Virus record (IMG/VR): IMGVR_UViG_3300033143_005346
Span: 1-61,221 of that record
Reading direction: 5' to 3' (one strand)
Source of the DNA: a virus
Taxonomy: Duplodnaviria; Caudoviricetes
Length of the DNA stretch: 61,221 nt
The notes under the pieces were generated by a model, which saw nothing but the letters and a program-made list of their open reading frames with translations, was not told the DNA's origin and searched no databases. Position 1 is the first letter of the stretch, and every line of letters begins with the position of its first letter. Positions 7,737 through 17,800 of the stretch are shown in pieces. The position numbers were made by a program, and so were the translations under genes.

Positions 7737-8064
7737 AACCATCATTCACATTAATAACAACTGGGCTTTCCAGGGCGACCAGCTGTCGATAACCCTGTTC
7801 GAAAAGAAGATCAACAAGAAGGGTAAGTTGGATTTTTATACCAGGGGCCACTTTAATAACATGCAGCAGATGTATAATCGATTGATCGACATGGAAATTA
7901 ATGCAGCAAAGACCCTTGAGTTGATAGTAGACCGAATCGACAGTCTCAAACAGGACATATTTACCTCATTAGACTCTCTCAGATCAAAATCTGACGACGA
8001 TCAGGCCGCAAGGGACCTGTTGGATAGGCCAGGGATTAAACTTCCAAAAAAGGACGGTATTTGA
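7717..8064 (+). CDS. Hypothetical protein
   Basis: ATG 7717 (MKQSKDETIIHINNNW...); TGATG coupling to the next gene. Confidence 0.65.
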   Translation: MKQSKDETIIHINNNWAFQGDQLSITLFEKKINKKGKLDFYTRGHFNNMQQMYNRLIDMEINAAKTLELIVDRIDSLKQDIFTSLDSLRSKSDDDQAARDLLDRPGIKLPKKDGI

Positions 8065-8279
8065 TGGACGATTTACCCGAAAGGCTGAAGGGTATCCGTG
8101 ACTGCGCGAAGAAAGTAAACCCAAACTGCCATGTGGTCGATACTCTGGGACAGGCTATAGAAGAAATCATATTTCACAGAGACATGGCAGAAAGATTCTT
8201 TAATTTAACAAGGCGAATCGTGGAGGATAGATCGGCGCAACAATATAAAAAGGTATTTGATGGACGATTTACCCGAAAG
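8056..8279 (+). repeat. 28-bp perfect direct repeat pair
   Basis: GGTATTTGATGGACGATTTACCCGAAAG at 8056-8083 and 8252-8279. Confidence 0.9.
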
Positions 8280-8294
8280 AAGGACGGTGTGTGA
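8064..8294 (+). CDS. Hypothetical protein bracketed by direct repeats
   Basis: TGATG coupling at both ends. Confidence 0.6.
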   Translation: MDDLPERLKGIRDCAKKVNPNCHVVDTLGQAIEEIIFHRDMAERFFNLTRRIVEDRSAQQYKKVFDGRFTRKKDGV

Positions 8295-8674
8295 TGAATT
8301 TATTAAAGAAGATGAAGGACCTGTTAGGGCAGGCAGAAATCGAAAAAAGTCATTATTATACTGCCAGCATTTTAAAAGAAGCGATCTTTGAGATTATAAA
8401 CCTTCGGGGAAAGATGGCCCGCCCAACGGCAATGATAATTTGTAAACGAATTGACTGTGCGTACATTGAAGCGAGGCCAGACAAGCACTACCAGTGCAAT
8501 CTCACCCCGATTGAAATTGGGCAAGACAAGAAATGTGACAGCTATGTGGCAATGCCGGACGAGCTGGGGCCTGATCAGTGTTATCATTGTGGGTCCGTAG
8601 ATGGAGACAAAGATTGCCCAGTGTGTGGGGAGAGGTGCTTTAAAGATGAAGCGGTCAAAGAAAAAGAAACTTAA
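8294..8674 (+). CDS. Cys-rich hypothetical protein
   Basis: Several Cys clusters including CYHCG...CPVCG. Confidence 0.65.
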   Translation: MNLLKKMKDLLGQAEIEKSHYYTASILKEAIFEIINLRGKMARPTAMIICKRIDCAYIEARPDKHYQCNLTPIEIGQDKKCDSYVAMPDELGPDQCYHCGSVDGDKDCPVCGERCFKDEAVKEKET

Positions 8675-8816
8675 GACAAAAGACAAACCGCCGCCAGGTA
8701 AATGTCCCAACTGTGGCGAAACAGGACCGCACTTTGTCCCACCCTCTTTTGGGATGAAAGGGTTTTTTTATTGTGAGCAAAGTGTAGGCAAAAAAAAGGG
8801 AAGGAGTTTATTTTGA
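8646..8816 (+). CDS. Small zinc-finger protein
   Basis: CPNCGETGPHFVPPSFG...FYC motif; overlaps neighbours. Confidence 0.55.
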   Translation: MKRSKKKKLKTKDKPPPGKCPNCGETGPHFVPPSFGMKGFFYCEQSVGKKKGRSLF

Positions 8817-9121
8817 GCGAACAGAGCAAATGTAAAGGGTGCGGACAACCCATCATCTGGGTTAAAACATCCAAGGGAAAGAACATGCCGGTAGATCCGG
8901 AAGAAGTAACGATCATTACCATGGGTGGTGTAACATATAAGGGCCGAGTCGTCCACTGGGCTACCTGTCCTGAGTCAGAACAGTTTAAGAAAGGAACCGA
9001 GTCAACCCCTGGTATTGGTCTTATGCAGTGGCAGTGTCCAGAGTGTAGCCGTTATAACCTGAAGGGCCACCTGTGCAATTGTGGTGCCAGCGAAGACGGC
9101 ACCGGTGCATCTAAAATGTAA
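8813..9121 (+). CDS. Zinc-finger hypothetical protein
   Basis: CKGCGQPIIWVKT..GK.MPVD...HWATCP motif common in phages; AAGGAG RBS and TTG start. Confidence 0.7.
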   Translation: MSEQSKCKGCGQPIIWVKTSKGKNMPVDPEEVTIITMGGVTYKGRVVHWATCPESEQFKKGTESTPGIGLMQWQCPECSRYNLKGHLCNCGASEDGTGASKM

Positions 9122-9148
9122 CCGTTAAAACTTTAACAGGGAGGAAAA

Positions 9149-9424
9149 ATGGAAATTACAGCAACAACCAAAGATGGTTTTTTGATAAAGGCAACGGCCC
9201 GTGAAGTTAAAGAAATCTTGACTTCGGTAAATGGAAAAGCCCCAGAAAAAATAGGGATAGGGCAAAAAATTCCAGCGATTGATTACGCAACAACGATAAC
9301 AAAAATAAAGGGGCTAAAGGACACTTATGAATTTAAACAGCTCTGCTCTTATGTTGACCAGGTTTTCAACGCTGTGAAAGATTTAGAAGTCGCAGTTGTA
9401 GAAGCCAACAATATTGAATCGTAA
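9149..9424 (+). CDS. Hypothetical protein
   Basis: GGAGG RBS; 91 aa. Confidence 0.7.
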   Translation: MEITATTKDGFLIKATAREVKEILTSVNGKAPEKIGIGQKIPAIDYATTITKIKGLKDTYEFKQLCSYVDQVFNAVKDLEVAVVEANNIES

Positions 9425-9438
9425 TAAAGGAGACCTTG

Positions 9439-9744
9439 ATGCCAAAACACGAAAGAATAATTATGGGTCGTCCATATTATATTCCAAGCCGTATGGGTGG
9501 TGGTATCGACCGTTATGTCAACGAAGGAGTTATCCCTGGTGGATTTCTCCAGGCTATTATCTGTAATGATCTGAAGGAGGCTTTCGGTAAAGCCGACGAT
9601 GAAAACTTCCACAACATTGCAGCTTATGTAGATTATTTTTATAACAATTGTCCCGCAGTATGCTGGGGGTCCAGAAAAAAGATGCAAGCCTGGGCTAAAA
9701 CACACCAAGAAAGGAGAAAGAAAGATGCTAAACAGCCTACTTAA
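9439..9744 (+). CDS. Conserved phage hypothetical protein
   Basis: AAGGAG RBS; RYVNEGVIPGGFLQAIICNDL..A...AD..N...CWGS pattern. Confidence 0.7.
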   Translation: MPKHERIIMGRPYYIPSRMGGGIDRYVNEGVIPGGFLQAIICNDLKEAFGKADDENFHNIAAYVDYFYNNCPAVCWGSRKKMQAWAKTHQERRKKDAKQPT

Positions 9745-10051
9745 CACATTGTCCTTTGGTTCAACTATCCAACAGGACGGAAAACCGTACACTGTTATCA
9801 TGCGCCTGACCGACCGAATGTTTGTGGTTATGGAACAAAACGCAAAACTTCCAACCCAACTTATGCTGGCTCAGGCAGACATTCAAATGACCCAGCCACA
9901 ACCTGGTGGTGCAGGTCCAGCTCCAAAAGTATTGGTACCGCCTGCATCGGGTGGACCGGCCAAAGCTAAAGGAACAAAGGAAAACCCGCCAGCGCAGGAT
10001 GTTGCACCAACTGGTTCAAACAAACCAGAGAAAGATGGCACAGTACATTAA
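9725..10051 (+). CDS. Hypothetical protein with Pro/Gly-rich C-terminus
   Basis: AAGGAG RBS; 108 aa. Confidence 0.6.
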   Translation: MLNSLLNTLSFGSTIQQDGKPYTVIMRLTDRMFVVMEQNAKLPTQLMLAQADIQMTQPQPGGAGPAPKVLVPPASGGPAKAKGTKENPPAQDVAPTGSNKPEKDGTVH

Positions 10052-10063
10052 GGAGCTATTCTA

Positions 10064-10294
10064 ATGGCCGGAAAAAGATGCACAATGCCAGGCTGCTTCA
10101 ACGAGCAGTCTTATATATCACTTGGGGTGTGCCGGTTGTGTTATCACCGCATTTACTGGGCCGCTAAAAACTACAAGAAGACCTTAGAAGAAGCAAAGGC
10201 CGCGCTTGCTGACATGGATAGTGTTGCCATCAAGCACGGCCTTGTTACTGAAGAAGATGGACCCTATTCGCACCGCAAGAGCTTTACTTCTTGA
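10064..10294 (+). CDS. Small Cys/His zinc-binding protein
   Basis: CTMPGC...GVCRLCY motif; AAGGAG RBS. Confidence 0.65.
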   Translation: MAGKRCTMPGCFNEQSYISLGVCRLCYHRIYWAAKNYKKTLEEAKAALADMDSVAIKHGLVTEEDGPYSHRKSFTS

Positions 10295-10310
10295 TTAGTG
10301 AGGATTTAAA

Positions 10311-10874
10311 ATGAAAGACTATCGAGTTGAAATTACAATTAGAAATAACCGCATCATTGAATATATGAGACAGTTGGGATTCAATTCTGTTTCTGCCTTG
10401 TGTAGGGAGCACGGCATGAGCCAACCAACCGTTGGGCAGCTAATAAATTTCAGAACCCCAGCGATTATGAAAGCCGGTGGATGGAAACCCACAGCATTGA
10501 GGTTAGCCGAAGCGCTGTGTTGCGAACCCGACGATTTGTGGACAAACGCACAGCGAACAGCCGCGATAAAAAGAAACCGGATGGCTGTGACGGTTGCCGA
10601 AAGGGACCTTATTGGATTAACGGAACCGCCAAACCCTTTAAGGTTAATAGAACATAAGGAAACCAAGGGGCGTATCGATCGAGTATTAAAAACGATAGCC
10701 CCAAGGGATGAAGATGTTTTACGACTAAGATATGGGTTTAAGCCATATTATCGCAACCACACCTTTAAGGAAATTGCGGACAAGTATGGTGTTACAGTAG
10801 AAAGAATCCGCCAAATAAAAATAAGGGCAATTGGACGACTACGGCAACCAGTCCGCAAGGGTTTTATTTCTTAA
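10311..10874 (+). CDS. Xre-type HTH fused to sigma70 region 4
   Basis: N-terminal SVSALCREHGMSQPTVGQLIN...LAEALCCEPDDLW; C-terminal PRDEDVLRLRYGF...TFKEIADKYGVTVERIRQIKIRAIGRLRQP matches the sigma70 region 4 consensus. Confidence 0.8.
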   Translation: MKDYRVEITIRNNRIIEYMRQLGFNSVSALCREHGMSQPTVGQLINFRTPAIMKAGGWKPTALRLAEALCCEPDDLWTNAQRTAAIKRNRMAVTVAERDLIGLTEPPNPLRLIEHKETKGRIDRVLKTIAPRDEDVLRLRYGFKPYYRNHTFKEIADKYGVTVERIRQIKIRAIGRLRQPVRKGFIS

Positions 10875-11451
10875 TGGCCTGAATCATCTGACCAACCAAA
10901 CCATACCCCTGGCTACCACCATTGGCAGCTGCGGCCTCAACATTCTTCTGACGGTTGCGGCCCATGGTGGCCACGCCCAAGATTGAAGCCCATAAAATCC
11001 ATATCCATTGAGGCATATTTGGGATATCTATCTTAAGGATCGGCAACCCAAAGTAGACTGCAACTACGGCCAGCGGAAACATGAAGCCATTAAAAGGTCT
11101 CCATAACCACTGCGGCCAGTGCTCAGACTGTGCTTCAGAACGCATAGTGGCGTTGACTTCTGAAATCTGATTAATTCTTTCCTGTGATTCCACTTGAGCC
11201 TTAGCCAGAACCAGCTCCTGCAGCCTGGCCTGCTGTTCCATTTGAAATTGAATTATTTTTGCAGCTGCTTGAGGGTCTGCCTTAATGGCAGCCATAACTG
11301 CCTCTGGACTTTCAGCATCTTCTGCTCCCAAAAGATTACCCACCACAGCACCAATAGCACCACCGGCTGGTCCGCCCAAAGCCGTACCCAGTAGTGGCGC
11401 ACCGATCTTTGCCACAGCCCTACCCAATGAACCCCAATCAAATTTACTCAT
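10864..11451 (-). CDS. Holin (3TM / gene-transfer-release-type)
   Basis: APLLGTALGGPAGG N-terminus, WRPFNGF motif and two C-terminal hydrophobic segments; next to the endolysin. Confidence 0.7.
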   Translation of the reverse strand: MSKFDWGSLGRAVAKIGAPLLGTALGGPAGGAIGAVVGNLLGAEDAESPEAVMAAIKADPQAAAKIIQFQMEQQARLQELVLAKAQVESQERINQISEVNATMRSEAQSEHWPQWLWRPFNGFMFPLAVVAVYFGLPILKIDIPNMPQWIWILWASILGVATMGRNRQKNVEAAAANGGSQGYGLVGQMIQAIKK

Positions 11452-11461
11452 AACGCCCCCC

Positions 11462-11872
11462 TTATCCGTAATGTTCTACGATGGTCAACTTAAATTGCTT
11501 GTAATTTCCCATCAGTTTCATAAACGAGTTAAAAGTTTTACCGCTATTCAACACAGCACGATTTCCTCTTAGCTTGCCAAAATGTTGAGCTGTAATGATA
11601 CAACCCATGGTGTCCGCAATGTCGTTACCGGCATGGAATAGAACGTAGTTCCTCCCTGGAACATCCATCACCTGGAAAGTGTCCGGATATTTTGGAGAGC
11701 TGTAGCGCTCACATAGATATTGCTGCGCCGGTATCGATGATACATTCTTAAGATTTAACAGGTCAGGTGGTTCCAGGGTCACACAAAAAACTTCCTTTTG
11801 CACCGACAGGATCCCAAAGGAGCCGAACTTTGCACTTTCCTCACGCCTTAATATATCAACCACAGGTAACAT
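11462..11872 (-). CDS. Putative endolysin (DUF5675-like)
   Basis: TLEPP...SSIPA..Y...VPGR..VLFHAGN...DTMGCI motif; upstream of the holin. Confidence 0.75.
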   Translation of the reverse strand: MLPVVDILRREESAKFGSFGILSVQKEVFCVTLEPPDLLNLKNVSSIPAQQYLCERYSSPKYPDTFQVMDVPGRNYVLFHAGNDIADTMGCIITAQHFGKLRGNRAVLNSGKTFNSFMKLMGNYKQFKLTIVEHYG

Positions 11873-14800
11873 TAGTCTGTCCTCCTTAAGCGTTCACGTT
11901 TAGATGGTCTGAAGGCACGCCTCAGATTATTCTTGATCGATTTGTGCGTGATAACCGGAAAAGGTTTTCCGGATCTCTGGACCAAGGTGTTGTAAGTTCG
12001 AATTTCCTCTAAGATATCCAGGTAGCGAACCTTTGAGCGTTTAACTTTAGGCTGATTATAAAAAGCCTTGATCCTGGCATAAATATCATGCCGCAATCCA
12101 GCCATGTTTTGTTCAACCTTACGCTCCTTCCACTGACGTTCACGAATCTTAGCTATCCTGGCAGGATTAAAAGAAAGACCCCTGAACATAGTTTCCGTCC
12201 AGTCCAGCTTGACGACTTCGCGTCCATAAAACAACGGAGCGTTGGAATTGGTAGTCACACCCTGGGTAGATTCACGATAAGCCTTGATCCCAGAGCCAAT
12301 AAAGTTAGGAGACATACGTTCAATCCCTTTTGCCCAGTCTCCGCGCAGGATCGACTTGCCACCGACCACCACATCAGATACCAGCGATCCTGGTGCACCA
12401 GCAAGATCTTTTAAGCTGGTAGGTATGTCGGTGATCCCAATCTCCAGAGATCCTTTCAACGATACTCCATGGCCACCCAGGCCAAAAGCACCCAGCCGGA
12501 CAATCTGTTCCATTGTTTCACCCCAGTTAGCCTCCAGCCAGTTATACATGGCTTCTTCCGGTTCGTCCGGAGCCCCTGGGAGTAAACCAAAGGCTTCCAT
12601 CATAACTTTAATCAACGGAGATGCCGCAGCACCACCAAGTATTGCTGGTGAAAGAGCCATGTAAAGTAGAGCTGTCCGATCTTTTGTTTTAAAGCCCAGG
12701 TCGTACATGGTCTGGAGATAATTATGACTGAACGTTTTGAACACATAAAACATCTGGGCCAGCCTGGCCATTGGATTGGCACCCCTGGCATAATGTGGTC
12801 GGTTTGCTTTAGAATAGACACCATGAGCCTTGTCGGAAGACTCCTTGGCTGTTTCCAACCACTGCTTATGTAAGACTTTCCTTTCGTCCGCACCGGCAGC
12901 GTCCCACGTTTTCTGATTGGCTTCACGCTGTCCAATGTAGGCTCCAGCAATCGTTGCGACACGATTTATCTGCTCAGTGACGCCGAAACCCATCATTAAG
13001 GTTTCAAGCATGGTGTCATAATTGTTGCCGATCTTAGACTTAAGCACCGACAGAGCCTCTTTATTGTACTGAGCCGTGTGCCATCCGTTATCCTCAATTT
13101 CTTCAAACAGATCATTCATCCACCCAGGCATGTTTGGATCCCTGCCAGATCTTCCGGCACGCCAGTACTCCAGGTATCCCTTCATGGATCTGGACAATAA
13201 GCCAGGAACTTTGTGCATAGGAATCTTAGCGAAGCCTCGCATGGCAGCTGGTACCGATGTGGCTAAAGCTGTAAGGTTGACCAGAGGGGCTGACACTCGA
13301 CCACCCAGATACTTCAAGACAGCAAGACCCTTAACCATTCCGATCATTCTGTCCACAGCCTCGTCGTTCCGGCCCATATCTTCCATGTAGGTTAAAGCAT
13401 CGTGAAAGGCGTTGCGCTGTTTGATTGGATCGATACGCCGATTTTTAACAAATTCCAGATAGTCTTTATAGGTAGCTTCCAGCCCGGCCCTGGTATGTTC
13501 GGCTCGATATTCCTGCCAGGAAATGTCGGTGCCAGTCATGTGCCGCAGCATGTCCAGCATCATTTTCTTCTTGGCTTCACCAGCAGCTACGCCCCTCACA
13601 TACTTAGCCATGCGCTGCACCGAATCTTCTTCATAGCCCTTCCACACCCCAGTGCCGGTAGCGTCGTTTCGCATAATCATATGTGCTCTGACACCACGAC
13701 CCTTGAAGATGTTGGCCACGCCTTCAGCCAGCTGCTGACCCATTTTCAACTGAGCCTTCTCCAGCTCTGCCATAACATCGGCAGCCACACCCTTTTTCAT
13801 CTCACCGGAAACCTGCTCCAGAGCTTTATTCATCATCTCCTGGAAAGCCACCACCTGTCCGGCTATTTTAAACACGTCCTCCGGCATCTTGTTGATCTTC
13901 TCAATGTCAACAATGTAGTTTTCGTACACTTTTCTGCTTGCTTCGGCGGCAGCAAAGCTCTTTGTCTCAAAATGTTTAAGAATCGGGTGGAACTTGTCTT
14001 CATAACCCTTCTTGGGCCTGGCATACATGCTGAATCTTCCAGGCTTGCGAATCCGTGGCATATAGTACCCACGCATTTGCCCCATCTTGGCCAGAGCCAC
14101 CTTCAGGTCTACCTCCACCCGTGCACCGTCTACCCAGGTAGCAACGCTGGGAAGGTCCAGACCTTTGGCGTTGTATCGTTTAATCAGATCGTTGAGCGCT
14201 CCACGCATGATGTTGAAGACATTGTGAGACATCTCCCGTGTACCCTGGACCCAATCCTGAGCCAGCTCGGAGTATCCCTGCTCGGCCAACTTAGCTACTT
14301 CCAGACGTGTCGCTTCTGCCCAACCATCATCATAACTATTGGCGGTACCAACAACCTTGCCCTCTGGGTCTTTTATCTCAAAGGTCTTGCCCGACGACTC
14401 CTCGATACCCTCTTTCATTTTTACCGTATAGCCATACTTATTCATATCGTTATCATCCAGATACTTATTGATGGCTCGGTATTCTTTCTTGTTTGTCTTT
14501 TGCAGCTTGCGACCGATCCGGATCCTGGACTTACCGTTCTGATCTTTCTCTATGAAGTTAAGACCCTTGTAATAATTGTCTGATCGCTGGGTGGCGTCTT
14601 CAACCATGGCACCAGCAGCCGGAACCTTGCTGAAATAATGGATGGGTGTAAACAATAGACGTTCCCATGCGGTGGTATCTTCAAACTCACCGATACCAAC
14701 TTCCTTCATTCGGGACATCCATCGGCCTATCTTGCCCCAGCCTGTCATGGCATGGTCACGCAGGGATCTACTCACATTCTCAGCAGCTGCACTGTTGCCG

Positions 14801-17800
14801 TGCTCACGCATAAATTCCTGGTCCTGGGGTGTGGCCGTGGTGTACTGTTCCACCGCTTCGATATCAACAGCGTTTTCGTCGAAGACTGTATAGTTAAAGT
14901 GGGGGGAGTCCTCAACGCCAGATAGTGTTCCGGATGGGAACTTAACCCCATCAATACCAGCCCTCAATAAAAAAAGTGAGGCTTTCTTGTTGGCCTTTTC
15001 GTATTGATCGAAACTCTGCCGGAAGGGGCCAGGTTCATCTTGCATAAGCAGTGTGTCTCCAATAAGGCCATAAGACTCTTGACCGGTAGATGGCTCATAG
15101 CCTTCGGCAAACCCCAAGGTTTCTTCAAGATCGACCAAATCATCAACCAACCAGTTTTCATCTATGGCCTGGTCAACAATTTTCTTAGCTTGGGCCTCTG
15201 CCACACTATCCCCCCACGGCAACCAATCATATTCGTTGGGGTCTTTACCCTTGTGTAGCATGACTTTGTATAGCGCCCTGGTTTTTTCTCGCTCCATTGT
15301 CATCTGACTGATAGAGTCCGGACGAATAGTTTTAAGATAATTGAGAGCATCTTGTTGGCCTTGAATCTGTCTGGTCATAAGCCCAGCTCCCTTGTCTTTA
15401 CCAGCAGCTTTCATTCTTTTATGCTCAGTTTTGTTCACCCCTATATCAATTTCATAACCTGCAATAAGGTTATCAACAATATCCTGAATGGCTGCCACCA
15501 CGCCAGCTTCACCGGTATTAAGGTAGGCTGCATGGATAGCATGGTCTTCAATATATATGTCTTCAGTTAGTGTAGCTTTAACAACAGCCATGGAGTCAGC
15601 ATGTCTTTCATCGCGGGCCTTACCCCTCATTTCCGACATAAATTGATCAGGACCATAACTGATCGATTGACCATTTTTCCAAAGCACAACTGTTCCAGTA
15701 GGTGTCTTCCAGGAAAGATTAGCCCAAGAATCACTACCCAGCCGATCAGCATATTCTTTAGCTATACTCTTTTTGTCAGAAAAATATAAACCCCACCCAA
15801 AGGCTTGCGCTCCCTCTCCAGATCCAATGAACCTGGTACGAAAACGCTTAAAGAAAGAAGGGGATCCATGATAAGCAGTAGTCTGATACTGTGGACCCAA
15901 AAACTTTCTGGCAAACGATTTTCGTTTTGGACCCTGATAGACCTTGCCGGTCTCAATATCCCTGACGATACTCTGGGGAGTGAGCTTGAACATACCGACA
16001 AACCCATCAATCAGGTCCTTGATCTTCTGGATGATCCGGTCGATAAGACCCTTTTGCTTGGCCCGATTGTTAATGGACCAGGCAACGTAGTCAGCTCTAT
16101 CTTCAGCACCACCCACATCTTTAATGTTTTTTGGTTCCCACCTGTTGTTGGCGTGCAGTTCCTGGATATGGTCTCGCAGGACATCAGACTCTTTAGACGT
16201 AATAAAGCCCACATCTTCCAACCAGTGGTACGACTCATGGGTCAAGGCCCAGTTGTCAGCCAGGTCTTTATGCAGCTCAATTTTGCCTTCAGCATATTTC
16301 CCTATGGCAGTCTCACCTTTCACCGGCACCCGCCCCATGTTCACATAGAAATTGGCATTGTCAACATCCACCGAATCCACCGACCTAATTATTAACTGTT
16401 GTCCGTTGGGCGTAGTTACGGCTACAGATCCGTCAGCATTTTTAATTACGTCGGTACCCTTAAATAAACGTTTAATGTCGTCCAAGGTAATACCCTGGTT
16501 ACGCATATAACGCTTGGCGTAGGCTTCTTTGGCCTGACGTGTAGCCATGTACTGTTCAATCGGTCCGGAGATCCGCACCGGTGTTTCACCATAGAACACC
16601 TGTCGGATGATCGATTCGTTCTTAATCGGAGCTGTCCTGTCTCGGTACTGGTCAGCCAGCTTGCTCATGCTGTTTTTCTCACCGGAGAAAGCAGCTATAA
16701 AATCTCCGGCAGAAGACAGGACAGCCTCAACTTCCAGAAGCGACAGTTGTGTGTCGGTATCTGCCTCAGCAGCTGCCTGTGCTTGTCTCAGTTTGAGCTT
16801 ATCAGAGGCTTTTTTCAGGGCTTTTTTGATTGAGGGATACTCTGCCCCTAAGACCCCAAGCTGTGTACTCAGATCGCGCCTCCGTGCCCTCTCAGCGACG
16901 CTCTGTATGGCGTCAATGAGACTCGGCGAATCAATCTTAACCACCAGGTCTGCCACATTCACGGTGGAGACACCCTTCTTGCCGATCTGTCCATAATGCA
17001 CACCGTCAATCACGATTAAAGAATCACGTTGAGCCTTCGACAGGGCTTCATGGTTATAGACTTTATAAAGTATAAAGTCTTGTCGCAACCTATCCTTAAC
17101 CATCCGGTCAAAGCGGAGCTTGGTTATCTTTGGCTCTATTTCTTTTAGGGCATCGAATAGTTCATCGGTATGGATGATGACACCGCGCTCAAAGTTTGGA
17201 TTAAGGGACGCTGCAATTTCTGGCAGCTTAACCGTCAGTGCATCACCCCAAGCCTTATGGAACAAGTCCTGTGCTTCAAGCCACATTTCACTAACATCTT
17301 CTGGAATCTCCTTTTTAATGTCTTCAAAAAACTGCACAAAACCTTTAATAGAGTGGTAGCGGTTCTGTAAATGTTTGCGCCATACCCTGTCAGCTACTTC
17401 CAGTTTTTTACCTATCGGATTAATACCAAGGACACCAGCAAAAAGTTGAAGGTCTGCCAAGTTGTATTTTTTATCCATTTCCAGAACCGGTTGATCGGTA
17501 AGCGTAAACGGCTCCAAGCTGTCCATTACGTCCAGATTGTTTACCACTCGTTCAAGCAGCTCGGCTTTGGTGCCAGTCTCATACGTTCCCACCAGCCTGG
17601 CCAAGCCGCGAAGTTCGTTGGCTGTAAATTGTTCCGGCTTCATTGTAGCAATATCCAGATCACCCGAAAGCACCTTGTCTGGCGTGGATCCCTTTGGGAT
17701 ACCCCAGTATTCATATTCGATACCCTTAGTGAGTGTCCGAAGTGCTTCTGTACGAGCTTTTTTAGCTACTGCGGCTTCGGCCCTTGTAAAATCTGCACGG

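Noticed and set aside
13402-14583. 393-aa plus-strand ORF, and similar ones such as 35698-36420, 15805-16395 and 29273-29833
   Set aside because: They are antisense shadows of long, motif-bearing minus-strand genes, with no recognisable motifs and atypical composition.
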